Below, piece after piece: positions 61,101 to 64,000 of a stretch of DNA of 64,000 nucleotides. The position numbers and the translations under genes were made by a program. The stretch is from the NCBI GenBank assembly GCA_002269645.1, contig NIVC01000594.1, positions 454,011 to 518,010 on the forward strand. The letters run 5' to 3'. The stretch is from Macrostomum lignano (taxonomy: Eukaryota). Under the pieces are notes generated by a model that searched no databases, was not told the origin of the DNA, and worked only from the letters and a program-made list of their open reading frames with translations. Each line of letters begins with the position of its first letter. The first letter of the stretch is position 1.

Positions 61101-63339
61101 TTCGGATTCGTTCAATCGCGGCATATTAAACAGTCGAAGCTGATTGTCTGCCGAATTTGTCAACAGGCAGAGCCCATCGGGAGAGAATTTACAGCCACGA
61201 AAGTAGTTGCTATCGCGAACCAGAGTGAATGCTGACAGCTCGGCTGGGGGCCGCGAGCTGCTGGGTTTAACGAGTTGTACAGAGCGCGGAGCTCGTCCGC
61301 TGCTGATACACCGACTGTGGCAGCGTCATCCGCCCCTGCAGTCCTCTGGGCGGCGTCATCCGCCCCTGCAGTCCTCTGGGCGGCGTCATCCGCCCTGCAG
61401 TCATCTGGGCGGCGTCATCCGCCCCTGCAGTCCTCTGGGCGGCGTCATCCGCCCCTGCAGTCCTCTGGGCGGCGTCATCCGCCCCTGCAGTCCTCTGGGC
61501 GGCGTCATCCGCCCCTGCAGTCCTCTGGGCGGCGTCATCCGCCCCTGCAGTCCTCTGGGTGGCGTCATCCGCCCCTGCAGTCCTCTGGCGGCGTCATCCG
61601 CCCCTGCAGTCCTCTGGGTGGCGTCATCCGCCCCTGCAGTCCTCTGGGTGGCGTCATCCGCCCCTGCAGTCCTCTGGGCGGCGTCATCGGCCCCCGAAGC
61701 CAGCTGTTCTTCAACCGCCGCGGCATCCAAAGACGCGAACGCCTCCAATGACACGGCAGCCGCAGCGGCTACTGTTGAATCAATTCTGGCGAGTTTCACC
61801 GACGGGGTTGACGGATCTTGGGCGTCGGCGGCGGCCCAGTCCCAGCTGAGCTCCCAGTCTCTGGGGAATTCAGTGTGTGCGAGAATTGAAACCATTTTAA
61901 AGGTTGGGATGGGAGATTCTTGGGGTCGGGATGGGAGATTCTTGGGGTCGGGATGGGAGATTCTTGGGGTCGGGATGGGAGATTCTTGGGGTCGGGATGG
62001 GAGATTCTTGGGGTCGGGATGGGAGATTCTTGGGGTCGGGATGGGAGATTCTTGGGGTTGGGATGGGAGATTCTTGGGGTCGGGATGGGAGATTCTTGGG
62101 GTCGGGATGGGAGATTCTTGGGGTTGGGATGGGAGATTCTTGGGGTTGGGATGGGAGATTCTTGGGGTCGGGATGGGAGATTCTTGGGGTTGGGATGGGA
62201 GATTCTTGGGGTTGGGATGGGAGATTCTTGGGTCGGGATGGGAGATTCTTGGGGTTAGGATGGGAGATTCTTGGGGTTGGGATGGGAGATTCTTGAGGTT
62301 GGGGATGGGAGATTCTTGGGGTTGGGATGGGAGATTCTTGGGGTTAGGATGGGAGATTCTTGGGGTTAGGATGGGAGATTCTTGGGTGTGGTGGGAGATT
62401 CTTGAGGTGGGATTGGAGATTCTTGAGGTGGGATTGGAGATTCTTGGGGTTGGGATGGGAGATTCTTGGGGTGTGGTGGGAGATTCTTGAGGTGAGATGG
62501 GAGATTCTTGGGGTGTGGTGGGAGATTCTTGAGGTGAGATGGGAGATTCTTGGGGTGTGGTGGGAGATTCTTGAGGTGAGATGGGAGATTCTTGAGGTGA
62601 GATGGGAGATTCTTGAGGTGAGATGGGAGATTCTTGAGGTGGGATTGGAGATTCTTGGGGTTGGGATGGGAGATTCTTGGGGTTGGGATGGGAGATTCTT
62701 GAGGTTGGGGATGGGAGATTCTTGGGGTTGGGATGGGAGATTCTTGGGGTTGGGATGGGAGATTCTTGAGGTGAGATGGGAGATTCTTGGGGTGTGGTGG
62801 GAGATTCTTGAGGTGAGATGGGAGATTCTTGAGGTGGGATTGGAGATTCTTGGGGTTGGGATGGGAGATTCTTGGGGTTGGGATGGGAGATTCTTGAGGT
62901 TGGGGATGGGAGATTCTTGGGTTGGGATGGGAGATTCTTGGGTTGGGATGGGAGATTCTTGAGGTTGGGGATGGAGATTCTTGGGGTGTGGTGGGAGATT
63001 CTTGGGGTGAGATGGGAGATTCCTGGGGTGTGGTGGGAGATTCTTGAGGTGGGGTTGGAGATTCTTGGGGTTGGGATGGGAGATTCTTGGGGTGTGGTGG
63101 GAGATTCTTGAGGTGGGGTTGGAGATTCTTGAGGTTGGGGATGGAGATTCTTGGAGTGTGGTGGGAGATTCTTGAGGTGAAGTGGCTTGATTCTCTGCGC
63201 TAGAAGCCATTAATGACAATGAGCCCTCAAACAATTCAGAGACCAGCTCACTTTTCACTAAGTTGGCTAGACTCCTGTCTACTTCTAATAGAAGCAATTG
63301 GAGCAGCAGCAGCACCTTCAGCACCGTATCAACGTTCAT
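58163..63339 (-). CDS. WRAP53: WD40 telomerase Cajal body protein 1 (TCAB1), with four apparent 1-nt deletions as assembled
   Basis: Exons ~63339-63252, 61860-61033, 60154-60013, 59394-59131 and 58663-58163. NYFRGCKFSPDG.CLLTNSADN.LRLFN, IYDMCW|YPSM.S.DP.TCCFA..SRDNPVRLWDAFTG, FSPDGSRLYCGF, GGVTQLQFSPCG..LYSGGRKD.EI.CWD.R, TNQRLQFD. Exon 1 and start codon are tentative. Confidence 0.88.
58860..59050. repeat. 27-bp minisatellite AAATCCCATTTC[C/T]CATTCCAGATCCTC (WRAP53 intron)
   Basis: About 7 units. Confidence 0.9.
59455..59760. repeat. 41-bp minisatellite CATGAGATCTCACCATACGCGGTGGGAACTCACTCAAATGC x~7 (WRAP53 intron)
   Basis: Head-to-tail units with no spacers. Confidence 0.92.
60235..60980. 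repeat. G-rich minisatellite G(n)CGATTCTCTGA (WRAP53 intron)
   Basis: Variable G-run length per unit. Confidence 0.92.
61320..61692 (-). repeat. Coding 30-bp repeat encoding (GADDAAQRTA)n in WRAP53 exon 2
   Basis: About 12 units between acidic N-terminal sequence and the WD40 start; two units are 29 bp. Confidence 0.8.
61905..63178. repeat. ~20-bp G-rich minisatellite GGGATGGGAGATTCTTG[G/A]GG (WRAP53 intron 1)
   Basis: About 60 units with variant blocks. Confidence 0.95.
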
Positions 63340-63659
63340 CAGCTGCATTTTGACCGACAGACCCGAGGGCCATCGGCGGAACTACTCGAATCTTCTCTTC
63401 CTCTAGTAGCAGCAATGCCGCCAATTCTCGCAACCTTCGGTACGGCCAGGTAATGCGAAACAAATATGGGCGATTTCGATCGCTCTTCATCAACCGGGAT
63501 TTCCGCCGCCGCAGCCCCCTCCTGAGGCGGACTTTTATCGGCCTGCGAGTTGCAACAAACAATTGCTACTATGAGTAGGCGATGTGGCTAATAAAAAGGA
63601 TTGTCTCATTTAAGCTTATCTGATGTTTGCAAGCGTTTTCAGCATATTTGTGATTAACC

Positions 63660-64000
63660 TAGCAATGCCCCCAGTCGGTGTCTAACCCTTAGCAATACCC
63701 CTCAGTCAGTGCCTAACCCTTAGCAATACCCAGTCAGTTTCTTACCCTTAGCAATACCCAGTCAGTGTCTAACCCTTAGCAATACCCTCAGTCAGTGCCT
63801 AACCCTTAGCAATACCCAGTCAGTTTCTAACCCTAGCAATGCCCCTTAGTCAGTGTCTAACCCTTAGCAATGCCCCTCAGTCAGTGTCTAAATCTTAGCA
63901 ATGCCCCTCAGTCAGTGTCTAACCCTTAGGAATACCCTCAGTCAGTTTCTAACCCTAGCAATACCTCAGTCAGTTTCTAACCTAGCAATACCCTCAGTCA
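63660..64000. repeat. ~28-31-bp minisatellite CCCTTAGCAATACCCCTCAGTCAGTGTCTAA, runs off the window end
   Basis: About 11 units. Confidence 0.9.

Noticed and set aside
63660-64000. Telomere-like CTAACCC motif upstream of the telomerase-trafficking gene
   Set aside because: There is one partial motif per ~29-bp unit, not (CCCTAA)n; proximity to WRAP53 is likely coincidental.

Overview
This is animal genomic DNA, not prokaryotic. The invertebrate-type genes and minisatellite-packed introns suggest a free-living flatworm such as Macrostomum, but that is inference and was not verified. I hand-spliced nine protein-coding genes with GT-AG junctions and consistent phases. They are PTPN11/corkscrew (-), a thioredoxin + 3xNDK NME8/9-like gene (+), a PP1-fold protein lacking almost all catalytic residues (-), a ~21 kb NETO/SOL-2-like gene (-), a universal stress protein (-), a G-protein gamma subunit (+), a cathepsin O-like protease (-), a divergent CPEB1 (+) and WRAP53/TCAB1 (-, four apparent 1-nt deletions). 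Mobile DNA includes a young Mag-type Ty3/Gypsy element (identical 181-bp LTRs, 5-bp TSD), a tRNA-derived SINE with a 9-bp TSD, nested MITE-like elements and Helitron-like 5' ends. About a third of the window (hand tally ~23 kb) is about 40 distinct tandem arrays, and most long ORFs in the ORF track are artefacts of them. The strongest leads are the PP1-like pseudophosphatase, unrelated minisatellites converging on shared cores (GGCGC/E2F-like, AATCTC, E-box), arrays built from splice-site motifs next to real junctions, a stop-free in-frame minisatellite intron in SHP2, and an unusual cathepsin propeptide. No prokaryotic-type system or CRISPR array is present.
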